Shown: positions 13,240 through 26,840, counted from the stretch's first letter. The stretch: DNA of 64,000 nucleotides from Chiloscyllium plagiosum (GCF_004010195.1 NC_057719.1:40587073-40651072), one strand, 5' to 3'. The notes: generated from the letters alone by a model not told the origin. Program-made: numbers and translations.

Positions 13240-14300
13240 AGGCAATTTGACAATATGATCCCCAGACCACTAGCCCCAGCATAAATTGGGTGTAGGCCGC
13301 TCCTACAGCTGAATACAGCTCACACTTTTATCTCTTGTTTCCCTGTACTGGTGCCAAAGTCCCATGGATTGAAATCCTTTTCTTGCAACCTTTGAATCTG
13401 CATTCACTTCTCTAATTTTAGTTACCCTGTGCCCATACCCTATGGCTCAGATAGCAACCCAGGGATGATTACTTTTGGAGTTCAGCTTTTTAATTTAGCC
13501 CCCATCTGCTCACAGATTTGTTGCAATATCTTGAAACCTCAGTTAAATCAGCTTTTAACTAATTCCAAAGGACACATAAAAGTAAATAAAAACAGAAAGT
13601 GCTAGAAATGCTCAGTAGATCTGGTAGCACTACAGAAAGAGAAACAGTTTTAATATTACAAGATAAATATTAAGCTAATTTGTTTAATCTCTCATTGCAT
13701 CTCAACATTTGGAGGTCAGGTACTGTTCTAGTCATTCTATGCTGCACTCCCCCCACAATTCTGGTATGTTATTTTCAAGGTGTGGTGTCCTGAACTGTTT
13801 GCACAGTGATGGGTGTGGTCTAATTAGGGATTTGAGTAGTTGAAGCAGGACTTTTACTTACTTAGAGTAGTGCTTTTTTTTTGTATGAAACTTAGCCTTC
13901 AATTATCCTTTCTGACTAATTCCTGCATTAGTTCATGATTTCTTATTGATCTCTACATTTAGAAGTCCCCATACACCCCAGCTCTCTTTGGATCTTGCCT
14001 GTTTCTACCTTTTGACCATTTAGGAAATAATCCTGTTCCATCGTTTTTAGGTTCAAAAACAATGACTTACATACGTCTACATTGAAATGAATTTTCCACA
14101 GGTTTGCCTATTCACTAAGCTTTGAGCTCTTTAAAATTTAACACTTCCACTTCTGAGTCTTGGGATAAGTTGGACATGTGGCCTTCAATCTCACTATCTA
14201 AATTGCCAATGAGTACAATGAATAACTGAAACATGGACAAAAACCTTGTGCAACAGATCCAGTGACATCCTGCCAATGGTTTCCACTCTGTTGTTCTGAC
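13240..14300 (-). mobile_element. Old CR1 remnants
   Basis: Weak similarity to CR1 ORF1 and RT segments elsewhere in the window. Confidence 0.5.
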
Positions 14301-15037
14301 CCCCAAAGAAAGCAATTTTTTTGAGAGGGATATGGATAGATGGAAAAAATCACTTAATATTTACCCTATGTTTAAGAGGTACATCAACTGAACACTATGT
14401 AGCAGGCAACAAGTACACTGACCTACTAAAAAGTTGCATTCCCTATTAACACAACCAAAACTTCACACTATGTTTATACATCACACCATCCTTTCAGCAG
14501 ATATGTAGCATTACCGAGAGTTGTGAATTTCTCCCAGGTATTTAACAGCCATTCTTACTCCTCTTCCAGTATCCTTTGAAAATGCCTTCACCTCAACGAA
14601 CTGAGTTTCAATTTGGTTCCAGCAGCAAAGGTTACTAGCAATTCTATGGACTTTAAGTTTCTGCAAGTCCTATCTCTTTAATAGAAAATCTGATTCACAT
14701 CAGAATTTTGTTTAGTGGTCACCAGTTTCTCTATGTTGGGCTGAAAAGAAGTTCTCTTTCTCACTCTTTAGGTTATTCTGTCCTTATGAATTTGAGCGTC
14801 AGTTATCCATCAAGACCATTTACCCCTCTTTTGTGTCAAGGTGTGAAATTGGTATATGGGTTTCTACTGGTTTCAACATCAAGTCCCATGAAAATGAAAT
14901 TACATATCTTTGTTGTCACGAGAGTTCGGTATGCTTTCATTATTCCCCCATTCCAACACATTCTGTTGAACCTTAAACTGAAGAGGTAGTTTAAAACATA
15001 ACTGCCTTAAAGTCTTGCATCAATAACACTTCTTCTT

Positions 15038-15452
15038 TAGAGTCATAGAGATGTACAGCATGGAAACAGACCCTTCGGTCCAACCCGTTCATGCCGACCA
15101 GATATCCCAACCCAATCTAGTCTCACCTGCCAGCACCCGGCCCATATCCCTCCAAACCCTTCCTATTCATATACCCATCCAAATGCCTCTTAAATGTTGC
15201 AATTGTACCAGCCTCCACCACATCCTCTGGCAGCTCATTCCATACACATACCACCCTCTGCGTGAAAAAGTTGCCCCTTAGTTCTCTTTTATATCTTTCC
15301 CCTCTCATCCTAAACCTATGACGTCTAGTTCTGGAGTCCCTGTCCCCAGGGAAAAGACTTTGTCTATTTCTCTTATCCATGCCCCTCATAATTTTTTAAC
15401 CTCTATAAGGTCACCCCTCAGCCTCCGACCTCCAGGGAAAACAGCCCCAGCC
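15038..15452 (-). mobile_element. HER1/CR1 LINE 3' end (young)
   Basis: RGNFFTQRVV..WNELP ORF; ctctatgactct tail. Confidence 0.92.
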
Positions 15453-15599
15453 TTTAACTTGACCAATTTCCTAACTGGGTCAATAATTTGCCTTCAGTTT
15501 CACAAGCTTGAAATTTGGCTACCAGTTGGCTATCATTAATGGTAAAGCTTCTCTCAAGCCTCCAGGAAGTTCACATAAATAATGTCCCTGTCAGTATTC

Positions 15600-16870
15600 T
15601 GTTTAACTCTGTTTGTGGAGAATATGATGCTAATTAAGTGGGTGTTTTATCCAGGATGATGTCAAACAATTTGTGTTGTGTTGTAACAACACTCATCCAG
15701 GCAACAGGATTAATACAATACCATTTTAATTGATGCTTGGTAAATGGTGAAACAATTTTGAGGATTAGAAGGTGAATCATTTGCCACAGAATACTTCCCT
15801 CTGGCCAAATCTTGTAGCCAGGTTTCTTACCAATGATGGTCCTTAGTATGATGGTTCTGAATATTCAGTGATGCTAATGCTGTTAAATATCAGGTCGAGG
15901 TGTTCAGACTCCCATGTTGAAGATGGTCATTCCCTGGCAATTATGTAGTGTAAATGTAACTGGCCACATACAACCCATGCCTGAATGTCATCTAGAGGCA
16001 AATTGTTCATTAATTTATGAGTTGCAAATAAAATGAAATATTGTGCAATGATCAGTGAACATCCTCCTTTCTGACCTTAAGATGGAGGAAGGGCTAATGA
16101 AGAAGCTGCAGATAGCTGGGTGTGGAACACTGCCCTGGAGAATTTCTGAAATGATATTGTCAAGCCGAGATCCCAATAATTACAAGTCGTCATCTTTTGT
16201 TCATCTTTTGTGCTGCATGTGGCAACAATCAAATCCCCTTTTTCCCATTGACTTCAACTTTCATAGGTCTCTTTGAGGGACATCCCTGATGAAGGGCTTG
16301 TGACCGAAATGTCAACTCTCCTGCTCCTCGGATGTTGCCTGACCTGCTGTGCTTTTCCAGCCTCACTCTTTTTGACTCTGACTCTTCAGCATCTGCAGTC
16401 CTCACTTTCTCCCAATGGATATCAAAAGGCAGTCACTGAGTTAGACTGAATACTGACAGGGAAATATCTATGGATGTTATTAATGTGAACTTCCTGGAGG
16501 CTTGAGAGAAGATTTACTATTAATGACAGCCAACTTGTAACCAAATTTCACCACAGCTCTGGAACTCCTTGATTCACCTCTTTTGTCCATGTTTGAACCA
16601 AGGCTACAATAAGATCTCGATGTGAGTTGCCCTGCTAGAATCCAAACTAGGGAGCAGTGGTCTGGTTATTTATCAGAGGAGTTTGGAAACCTCATTTTCC
16701 ACATCTTCTGTCATCTTGGTGATGATTCGAGAATTAACTGATGGGAGATAATTGGCCAGATTTGATTGTCTCTCTTTTTGTGGGCAGAACTTAACTAGAT
16801 AATTTTCACATTGCTAAGTAGATATTGATGTTCTCCTTTATTGGAATAGCTGATTAGAGATACAGCTACT
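15600..16870 (-). mobile_element. Degenerate LINE of the same family as 52918-54200, interrupted by a PLE fragment
   Basis: Shared stretches (tgaatatcaagg, attgtgcaatgatcagtgaacatcc). Confidence 0.6.
16283..16412 (+). mobile_element. PLE terminal fragment, family A, single arm
   Basis: ctgatgaagggcttgtgaccgaaatgtc core (16286-16313) followed by the family A tail. Confidence 0.8.
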
Positions 16871-17339
16871 TCTGCAAAATAATCCTATCAATGTAAAAAT
16901 GACTGTACTTTCTCGTTGCCTGGTTTTACATTGGTTGTCTCCATCTAGTGACAGAAGTTGGTCAGTACAGGTAGTTGCTGAAAGAGTTCCTGCTGAGGAC
17001 AATAGACGCAGGGAACTTGAAAGATGAAATTTAAGATGAGAATGGGATCAGTGGAAGAGGGACCTCAGGACTGAGAACTGATGTACAGGGAAGAGCTGCA
17101 GTAACTTTGAGCAGTGCAATATGTGCAGGTGGGATGTACAGGCCGCAGGACAGGAAGTCTGTTACAAACAATGTTTAGTGAATATCACAATATGAACAGT
17201 TATATATTCCATTCTTTATGATTGATATAAAAACAAAAAAATTGTAACTCTGCCAACATTAAGTCAGGATGTACAGTAGCTCCCCTCTCATGTCTGCCTC
17301 AATATGGGTCTGCAGCGTCCAGCACTGGTTTCCCTGGCT

Positions 17340-17715
17340 CCCTATAAGCACTCTCGCCTGAGTCCAAAGGTTGTGTGTTCAAGTACAATTCCAGGACTTC
17401 ACACAAATCAGTGCTGCAAGTCCAATACTATACCTTCAGAGAGTTATACTGTGTAGGTGCTGTCATCCTGCATCCCTCTCAGAAAAACACACAGAAATTC
17501 CCAGCATTATTTAGACGAAGTACAGAGGTACTCTGAGTCCTAATCAATATTCATCTCTTAGATAAAATTACAATAACAGATTATTTGATCATGACCACAT
17601 TGCTGTTGTGGGAGGTTGTAGTTTGTGTATTTTCTGCCATATTTTGTATGTCCCAAGAGTGATATGCTTCAAGATATACCTGTACAATAAAATTATCATT
17701 AAGGCTTTTTGAGCC
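17340..17715 (+). mobile_element. SacSINE1-like Deu-domain SINE, degenerate
   Basis: B-box-like gttcaagt; aacagattatttgatcatgaccacattgctgttgtgggag resembles the shark DeuSINE body. Confidence 0.65.
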
Positions 17716-17735
17716 CCTGTTTGTTTATTAGAAGG

Positions 17736-18742
17736 AATTGAATTTGAATTGAATTGAATTGAATTTATTGTCATGTGTACCGAGGCACAGGGAAAAGCTT
17801 TGCCTTGCGAGCAATACAGGCAGATCACAGAGCTAAATTGCATAGATAGGTAAATAATAGGTAAACACCAGCAAAACCAAAAAACAGCACAGGTACAGGC
17901 CAATGTTAAAGAGTTTGTGAGTCCATTCAGTACTCTAACAACAGTAGGGTAGAAACTGTTACAAAACCGGCTGCTGCTTGTGTTCAGGCTTCTGTACCTT
18001 CTCCCCGATGGTAGAGGTTGTAGGAAAACATTGCCAGGGTGGGATGGATCTTTAAGAATGCTGGCGGCCTTTAAGAATGACAGCGGGCCTGGTAGATGGA
18101 TTCTATAGATGGGAGGCTGACCTTTGTGATTGTCCGGGCCGAGTACACCACTCTCTGTAACCATCTCTGATCTTGAATGGTACAGTTGCCTTACCAGCTA
18201 GTGATACATCCAGACAGAATGCTCTCAATAGTGCACTGATAAAATTTGGCAAAGGTATTCGCTGTCATGCCAAATTTCCTCAGCTGCCTGAGGAAGAAGA
18301 GACGTTGTTGGGCCTTTGTAATCAGTGCGTCCACATGAAGAGTCCAAGAAAGCTTGTTGTTGATGACCACTCCCAGGTACATGACACTCTCCACTCATTC
18401 CACCTTTGTGCTGTTAATGTGTAGGGGGGCATGAGTAACATCCTGCCAAAAGGCAATAATGAGTTCTTTGGTTTTGCCGGCATTGAGAGCTAGGCTGTTC
18501 TCAGTGCACCATTTTTCCAGATCTTCCACCTCCCATCTGTAGCCTGTTTCATCGCCGTCTGCGATTTGACTGATATGGTGGTATCATCAGCAAACTTGTA
18601 AATGGCATTAGTCTGGCTCTTTGGCGATACAGTCATGGGTACACAATGAGTACAGTAGGGGGCTGAGTACCCAACCCAGGGGGGACGCCAGTGTTGAGTG
18701 TTATTGAGGATGAAATATTGCCCCCAATCTTCACTGATTGTG
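17736..18742 (-). mobile_element. Rex/Babar-like LINE 3' part
   Basis: YKFADDTT, KAQQRLFFLRQLRKFG, IESILSGCITSW, LPSGRRYRSL; (aattc)n tail. Confidence 0.85.
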
Positions 18743-18744
18743 TA

Positions 18745-19115
18745 TATAGGTTTGCTCACTGAGCTGGAAGGTTCATTTCCAGACATTTAATCACCCTACT
18801 AGGCAACATCTTCAATGGGCCTCAGGCGAAGCAATGCTGATAAGCCCTGCTTTCTATTTATATGTTTGGGTTGCTTTGGGTTGATGATGTCATTTCCTAT
18901 GTTGAAGTCACTTCCTGTTATTTTTCTAAGGGGTGGGAGATGGGCTCTAACTTGATGTGTTTGTTGATCGAGTTCCGGTTGAAATGCCATGCTTCTAAGA
19001 ATTCTCGTGCGTGTCTTTGTTTGCCTTGTCCTAGGATGGATGTGTTGTCCCAGTTGAAGTGGATCCTTCCTCATCCATATGTAAGGATACTAATGAGAGA
19101 GGGTCATGCCTGTTT
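18745..19115 (-). mobile_element. Penelope-like element: GIY-YIG C-terminus and pLTR
   Basis: Minus strand gives HDPLSLVSLH..FNWDNTSILGQGKQRHAREFLEAWH; decayed hammerhead core at 18782-18815. Confidence 0.85.
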
Positions 19116-20065
19116 AGAGTCATAGAACCATAGAGATGTATAGCATGGAAACAGACCCTTTGGTCCAACCCGTCCATGCCAACCAGATATCCCAACCCAA
19201 TCTAGCCCCATCTGTCAGCACCCGGCCCATATCCCTCCAAACCCTTCCTATTCATATGCCCATCCAAATGCCTCTTAAATGTTGCAATTGTACCAGCCTC
19301 CACCACATCCTCTGGCAGCTCATTCAATGCACGTACCACCCTCTACATGAAAAGGTTGCCCCTTAGGTCCCTTTTATATCTTTCCCCTCTCACCATAAAC
19401 CTATGCCCTCTAGCTCTGGACTCCCCCACCCCAGGGAAAAGATTTTGTCTGTTTATTGTATCCATGACCCTCATAATTTTGTAAACCTCTATAAGGTCAC
19501 CCCTCAGCCTCCGATGCTCTAGGGAAAACAGCCCCAGCCTGTTCNNNNNNNNNNNNNNNNNNNNNNNNNNNNNNNNNNNNNNNNNNNNNNNNNNNNNNNN
19601 NNNNNNNNNNNNNNNNNNNNNNNNNNNNNNNNNNNNNNNNNNNNNNNNNNNNNNNNNNNNNNNNNNNNNNNNCCTCAGACCATTGGCTCATCTGATCAAG
19701 ATCCCATTGTAATCTGAGGTAACCTTCTTCACTGTCCACTACACCTCCAATTTTGGTGTCATCTGCAAATTTACTAATTATACCTCTTATGCTCCCATCC
19801 AAATCATTTATATAAATGATGAAAAGTAGTGGGCACAGCATCAATCCTTGTGGCACTCCACTGGTCACAGGCCTCCAGTCTGAAAAACAACCCTCCACCA
19901 ACACCTTCTGTCTTCTACCTTTGAGCCAGTTCTGTATCCAAATGGCTAGTTCTCCCTTTATTCCGTGAGATCTAATCTTGCTAACCAGTCTCCCATTAGG
20001 AACCTTGTCGAACGTCTTCCTGAAGTCCACATAGGTCACATCTACTGCTCTGCCCTTATCAATCT
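19116..20065 (-). mobile_element. HER1/CR1 LINE, 5'-truncated (gap 19545-19672)
   Basis: VTSGVPQG, SKFADDTK; tail at 19116. Confidence 0.92.
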
Positions 20066-23000
20066 GATCAGCGGCTGGAAACGGGGTTTAAAGATGAAAC
20101 TCAAAAGTGAAGGACACAGTAGCGGACTTGAGGATCGGAGGTAGCCAGCGGAGAAGGTCACGCGTAAGCAGTCCTGTTTAAGACACCTGTGAAGCATTTA
20201 GAATAGAAAGAACTTCTTAACCAGTTTCCTTTAAGACCACTGCATTTATTTCCATAAGTGCAGGAGAGAGAGAGGGAGAGAACCTGCACAGTTACTGCCT
20301 TTGCTGTTTGAATTCGTATATCGCTAGACATCGGAGTGCATCTGGGAAAATTAACAAACAATGAAATTCACAACTAATCTTGGAGGAACTGTTGGGCGAT
20401 GTTCACAGCACAGAATCAGATAAGTTAATTGTTGTTTTAAGTCTGTCCAAGAGAGAGGCTGAAGTAGTGAGTATAGTGGATTCTTTCTTGATTATATGTT
20501 TTTGGAGATAAGTCTTGATTAAACTTAAAATATAAGCCATAGTTATTAATTTAACCTGGGGCATTGCTTTGTAGAGGAATAAGACGGTGTTATTTTCTGG
20601 GTCTGTAGATTGTGAAGAAGCAAAAATGTTATTTTCTGGGTCTGTAGATTGTGAAGAAGCAAAAATGTCCTTTGCAGTGATATGTACTTCTTGTAAGATG
20701 TGGGAGTTTAAAGAGAGTTTAAGGGTTACTGCGAATTATATCTGCCATAAATGCTGTTGGATGCAAATCTTATCAGATTGAGTGGATCGGTTGGAGAGAC
20801 AGATGGAAGCGATGAGGAATTTGCAACAGCAACAGTATGTGATGGATGGCAGTTATAGGAAGGGGGGAAAGTCTCAGATACAGTGACATAGATGGTTAAC
20901 TCCAGGAAGGGTGAGAGAGGTTGGCACCAAAGGCAGGAGTTATACCCATTTCAAACAGGTATGCTGTTTTGGAAAGTGTAGGGGGTGATGGATTCTCAGG
21001 AGAATGTAGCACGAACAGCCAAGTTTCTGGTATTGAGACTGGCTCTAATGCAACAAGGGGTACATTGGCTTCCAAGAGATCAATTGTTTTAGGGGATTCT
21101 GTAGTCAGAGGTACAGACAGACATTTCTGTAGCCAGCAGAGAAAAAGCAGAATGGTGTGTTGTTTCCCTGGTGCCAGGATCAAGGATGTCTCAGAGAGGG
21201 TACAGAATGTTCTCTTGAGGGAGAGGGGCCAGCAGGAGGACATTGTCCACATTGGAACCAACAACATTGGAAGGGAAAAGGTTGAGACTCTGAAGGGAGA
21301 TTACATCTGAGACAGGTACAGCTGAGAACAGAAGTGAGTCAAACAGTCAGGGCAGGCAGGGACAAGGTAGGACTAATAAATTAAACTGCATTTATTTCAA
21401 TGCAAGGGGCCTAACAGGGAAGGCAGATGAACTCAGGGCATTGTTAGGAACATGAGACTGGGATACCATAGCAATTACGGAAACATGGCTCAGGGATGGG
21501 CAGGACTGGCAGCTTAATGTTCTAGGATGCAAATGCTACAGGAAGGATAGAAAAGGAGGCAAGAAGGGAGGGGGGAGTGGCATTTTTGATAAGGGATAGC
21601 ATTACAGCTGTGCTGAGGGAGGATATTCCCGGAAATACATCCATGGAGGTTATTTGGGTAGAACTGAGAAATAAGAAAGGGATGATCACCTTATTGGGAT
21701 TGTATTATAGACCCCCCAATAATCAGAGGGAAATGGAGAAACAAACTTGTAAGGAAATCTCAGCTATCTGTAAGAATCATAGGGTAGTTATGGTAGGAGA
21801 TTTTAACTTTCCAAACATCGATTGGGACTGCCATAGTTTTAAAGGTTTAGATGGAAAGGAATTTCTTAAGTGGGTACAAGACAATTTTCTGATTCAGTAT
21901 GTGGATGTACCTACTAGGGAAGGTGCAAAACTTGACCTACTCTTGGGAAATAAGGCAAGGCAGGTGACTGAGGTGTCAGTGGGGGAGCACTTTGGGGCCA
22001 GTGACCATAATTCTATTCGTTTTAAAATCATGATGGAAAAGGATAGACCAGAACTAAAAATTGAAGTTCCAAATTGGAGAAAGGCCAATTTTGATGGTAT
22101 TAGGCAAGAATTTTTGAAAGCTGATTGGAGGCAGATGTTTGCAGGTTAAGGGATGGCTGGAAAATAGGAAGCCTTCAGAAATGAGATCACAAGAATCCAG
22201 AGAATGTATATTCCTGTCAGGGTGAAAGGGAAGCCAAGTAGGTATAGGGAATGCTGGATGACTAAAGAAATTGAGGGTTTGGTTAAGAAAAAGAAGGAAG
22301 CATATGTCAGATATAGACAGGATAGATCGAGTGAATCCTTAGAAGAATATAAAGAAAGTAGGAGTATACTTAAGAGGGAAATCAGGAGGGCAATACAGGG
22401 ACATGAGATAGCTTTGGCAAACAGAATTAAGGAGAATCCAAAAGGTTTTTACAAATATATTCAGGATAAAAGGGTAACTAGGGAGAGACTAGACCCCCTC
22501 AAAGATCAGCAAGGCGGCCTTTGTGTGGAGCCACAGAAAATGGGGGAGATACTAAATGAATATTTTGCATCAGTATTTACTGTGAAAAAGAATATGGAAG
22601 ATATAGACTGTTGGGAAATAGATGGTGACATCTTGCAAAATGTCCAGATTACAGAGGAGGAAGTGCTGGATGTCTTGAAACAGTTAAAAGTGGATAAATC
22701 CCCAGGACCTGATCAGCTATACCTGAGAACTCTGTGGGAAGCTAGAGAAGTGATTGCTGGGCCTCTTGCTGAGATATTTGTATCACAGGTGAGGTGCCGG
22801 AAGACTGGAGGTTGGCTAACGTGGTGCCACTGTTTAAAAAGGATGATAAGGACAAGCCAGGGAATTATAGACCAGTGAACCTGACCTCGGTGGTGAGCAA
22901 GTTGTTGGAGGGAATCCTGAAGGACAGGATGTACCTGTATTTGGAAAGGCAAGGACTGATTCGGGATAGTCAACATGGCTTCGTGTGTGTGAAATCATGT

Positions 23001-24013
23001 CTCACAAACTTGATTGAGTTTTTTGAAGAAGTAACAAAGAAGATTGATGAGGGCAGAGCAGTAGATGTGATCTATATGGTCTTCAGTANNNNNNNNNNNN
23101 NNNNNNNNNNNNNNNNNNNNNNNNNNNNNNNNNNNNNNNNNNNNNNNNNNNNNNNNNNNNNNNNNNNNNNNNNNNNNNNNNNNNNNNNNNNNNNNNNNNN
23201 NNNNNNNNNNNNNNNNNNNNNNNNNNNNNNNNNNNNNNNNNNNNNNNNNNNNNNNNNNNNNNNNNNNNNNNNNNCTTATACACTTAATGGTAAGGTCCTA
23301 AGGAGTGTTGCTGAACATAGAGACCTTGGAGTGCAGGTTCATAGCTCCTTGAAAGTGGAGTCACAGGTAGATAGGATAGTGAAGAAGGCATTTGGTATGC
23401 TTTCCTTTATTGGTCAGAGTGTTGAGTACAGGAGTTGGGAGGTCATGTTGCGGCTGTCCAGGACATTGGTTAGGCCACTGTTGGAATATTGCGTGCAATT
23501 CTGCTCTCCTTCCTAGATGTTGTGAAACTTGAAAGGGTTCAGAAAAGATTTACAAGGATGTTGCCAAGGCTGGAGGATCTGAGCTACAGAGAGATGCTGA
23601 GGGCTGTTTTCCCTGGAGCATTGGAGGCTGAGGGGTGACCTTATAGAGGTTTACAAAATTATGAGGGGCATGGATAGGATAAATGGACAAAGTCTTTTCC
23701 CTGGAGTCGGGGATTTCAGAACCAGAGGGCATAGGTTTAGGGTGAGTGGGGAAAGATATAAAAGAGACCTAAGGGGCAACATTTTCACGCAGACGGTGGT
23801 ACGTGATTGGAATGAGCTGCCAGAGGATGTGGTAGAGGCTGGTACAATTGCAACATTTAAGAGGCATTTGGATGGGTATATGAATAGGAAGGGTTTGGAG
23901 GGATATGGGCCAGGTGCTGGCAGGTGAGACTAGATTGGTTTGGGATATCTGGTCGGAATTGACGGGTTGGAACGTAAGGTCTGTTTCCATGCTGTACATC
24001 TCTATGACTCTAT
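20066..24013 (+). mobile_element. Near full-length HER1/CR1 LINE, disrupted (gap 23089-23274)
   Basis: 5'UTR; ORF1 with Cys motif (CTSCKMWE..CHKC) and SGNH esterase (GDS, HIGTNN); ORF2 APE (GDFN, SDH) and RT (KSPGPD, NYRPV); ctctatgactct tail. Several stops and an internal ORF1 deletion. Confidence 0.95.
20588..20665 (+). repeat. 39-bp perfect tandem duplication
   Basis: tgttattttctgggtctgtagattgtgaagaagcaaaaa x2. Confidence 0.95.
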
Positions 24014-24145
24014 AATCCTCTTTGTGAGGCTAGTTGGTGTTCATGTATCCTGGTGGTTACTTTTCTGCCTGTTTGTCCAATTTAGTGTTTGTTACTGTCC
24101 TTGCAAGATATTTTATAAATGACATTAGTTTTGCTTGCTGGCTGT
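24014..24145 (-). mobile_element. Penelope-like GIY-YIG fragment (upstream continuation of 18745-19115)
   Basis: Minus strand SKTNVIYKISCKDSNKH*IGQTGRKVTTRIHEHQLA. Confidence 0.85.
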
Positions 24146-25089
24146 CGCTCCAATTCTAAAGCCCCAATTCAAGATGATGCAGCCAAAAGCTTGGTGTAAG
24201 CATGATAATAAGTAGCTTAATTCCACTGTTTGGCCACACCCATCCCACTTAGGCATACTGAATGATATTAATCTCAGGCCTAATATGTTTTAGCCAAAAT
24301 TGTTGATCATAATTCTACTCCTACCATGATTTTTGATTTTAACAATCTGCCAATTAATGAAAATAGTAACACTATTGACAGTTATATAGTTCTTCAACTA
24401 TTCTGTTAGAGGAATTGTTTACATTCATCCTGTTTTGCCTGTGATTTGAAGAAAGATGTAAAGGATTGAACCTGTCTGACTCCAGCTGACTACCAGACAG
24501 GGTGAAGTAGAGCACTGGTTCTAAGATTATACTAAATTCAGTAACTCTGAAGACTTTATGTGAAACTTACATTTAGTATCCAAAGTGTAAAACCAATACT
24601 GTGAATTCCTACCTATCTGGCCTGATGATCATTAAACTTAGAATTAATTCATAGTTTTATTCCTATAGGTCAATGTTTCAATTTCTTTCAAACACATTTA
24701 ATCATACATATGCTATACATACCCCTTATTTGTGCTAAATATTGTTTTCAGGTTCTGTTTTTTTTGTTTTTAGGTGCTTACACTGAGAGATATTTCTAGT
24801 TATGATGTGATAGCTGAAATTGCTTTGGCAATGTTGTGTATGTACAGGACAAGACTGAACTGAGTATACACACAAACAGGAAGGTCATGTACTTCAGTCA
24901 GAAGGAAGGGTCAGATGTGCCAGCCCAGAGGCAGGTACATTTTCCTCAGCTTGAACTCCCATAGTCTGAGGGTAGCAGGCAGGGTGGAGGTGAAAAGCCT
25001 GACCGTCTATAGGGTGTCCTGAGTCAGGGAGACTTTGGAGAGACCTGAATGAGTTTCCTCCTCTTGGTATTTTTTGAAATCTTTTGAAT

Positions 25090-25950
25090 AATGTCAATCT
25101 GGAAAAGTTAATTAAAGATAGAAGTCTAAATAAAATCATAAAACTGAGCTGCTTCAAATCAGAAATTCTTCAAGATTTATAACTGATCAAGGGGAGAGCT
25201 GAAATTGGGGTGGCAGTGCAGGAATTAGCCAAAATACAGTTAAAAAGGAAAAAAAAACTTGAGTTAGAGTAAAAAGAAAGACAGGCGGGGATAGTGTTAA
25301 AAAAATTTGAAATGGTAAGGGAGGGAAAAAGAAAAGGAAAGGGAGATGGACTTTTTAAAAAATTGAACTTTAAAGTGATAAGGAACTTAAACAACATGTT
25401 GGCTATAGAACTGTTTATAATGGAGAGTGGTGGTGATAGTTGGAGGATGGTTCTGACTCTGATGAGGGTTTAACTAAGAATCTTTGGTCAGTGCCTAAAT
25501 TTACTGAGGATGGAGTCAAAAGGTATTTCAGCTCATTCGTGAGGTAGCTGGACAGATGGTATGTCCAAATAATGTTTGGGCCTTAATAATACAAAATGTT
25601 TTCACAGGAACAGATATGATTGAATACAGCAGTTTGTCAAGAGAAAAATCCTTAAATTATAAAACTGTCAAAAAGGCAATATTCAATGCTTATGAGGTTG
25701 TCCCTGAAGCTCATCAATAAAAATGCAGGATGACAAAAATGAAACCTAATCAGTAATTTGGATGGAGGGAAGAAATGCACTGGGATCAGTGCATTAACGT
25801 TGAGAAAAAAAATTGAAAAGGTAAGGTAAATTATGATTGTGGAAGAATTCAGAAATAACATTTCCACAAAATTACAAATGTACTTACATGAGCATCAAGC
25901 ACTAAAGACTGAAGAAACAATCATTCTGGCGAATACCTATGGGATCTCAG
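25090..25950 (+). mobile_element. Degenerate Gypsy (Gmr1-like) gag with SCAN-like capsid region
   Basis: VPKFTEDGVKRYFSSF..VWALIIQNVFTG..YSSLSREKSLNYKTVKKAIFNAYEVVPEAH, preceded by a coiled-coil-like E/K-rich tract. Confidence 0.75.
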
Positions 25951-26129
25951 AGACAGTTGTAGGGGGAGAGTTGGTCTTATGGGGATTCCACAGGAAATTG
26001 GAAGAATAGAAGATCTGCAGATGAAGAATGTAGTAGTTTTATAGAATAGACAGGAGAATGTCTATGTGCTATATAGTTCCAGTAAAATACTCCTGTACTT
26101 GACACTTGGGTAATATAGTTAAATATACA

Positions 26130-26840
26130 ATAGAACTTTTTAACCAGTTTTAGATTGACAGTATTATTCATCTTTGGGTCCCAGCTTGCCATGTGAAGGC
26201 TTGTCAAAAGGCTTTTGAATGTATAAATTATATGAAGCAAGTTCCCCTCATCAACCCTTGTTATTTCTGCAAAAAGGTTCACTCAAGAGATTCATGTATA
26301 ATATCTTAAAATCTATCTTGTCTGTCCTTGATTCATCTGTGTCTTTCTAAATAACAATTCTATCGTTCTTCAGAGTTGTTTGCAATAATCTGGCAACCAC
26401 CAACATAACTGGCTTTTACTTACTTGGTCTATCATGTCCTTCCTTTTGAAGCTATGAAACAATATTTGGAAAATGATGGTCACATCCTCCATCACATTTT
26501 TCCTTGGTTCTCTTAGCAATGTAGGATGTATTTCATTTGGGCCTCATAATCTGTCCATTTTTTAAATATCGTAATCCATTTAATGTTTTCTCTGTCTCAA
26601 TGTTCATACCATCCAATATTTCTGTCTTTTCCACAATGTCTGTATTGTCATTCTCTTTCCTGAAGACAGACACTGATTATTCATTCAAGGCCATGCCCAC
26701 ATCTCATGACGCCCTACACAAGAACCTTTTAGGTGTCTAATTCCTTCTGTTCTTACTCTTTATCTATTCATAAGACATCTTTGGGTTTTCCTGGGTTTAA
26801 GTTGCCTGAACGTTTGAATTCCTGCTCTTTGCTTTCCTAA
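26130..26840 (-). mobile_element. Old CR1 RT remnant
   Basis: EITRVDEGN-like ORF; decayed. Confidence 0.55.

Noticed and set aside
14600..14632. Minus-strand TFAAGTKLKLS resembling an Ig/TCR J segment
   Set aside because: FAAG rather than FGXG, no upstream heptamer/nonamer RSS, no splice donor at the expected position.
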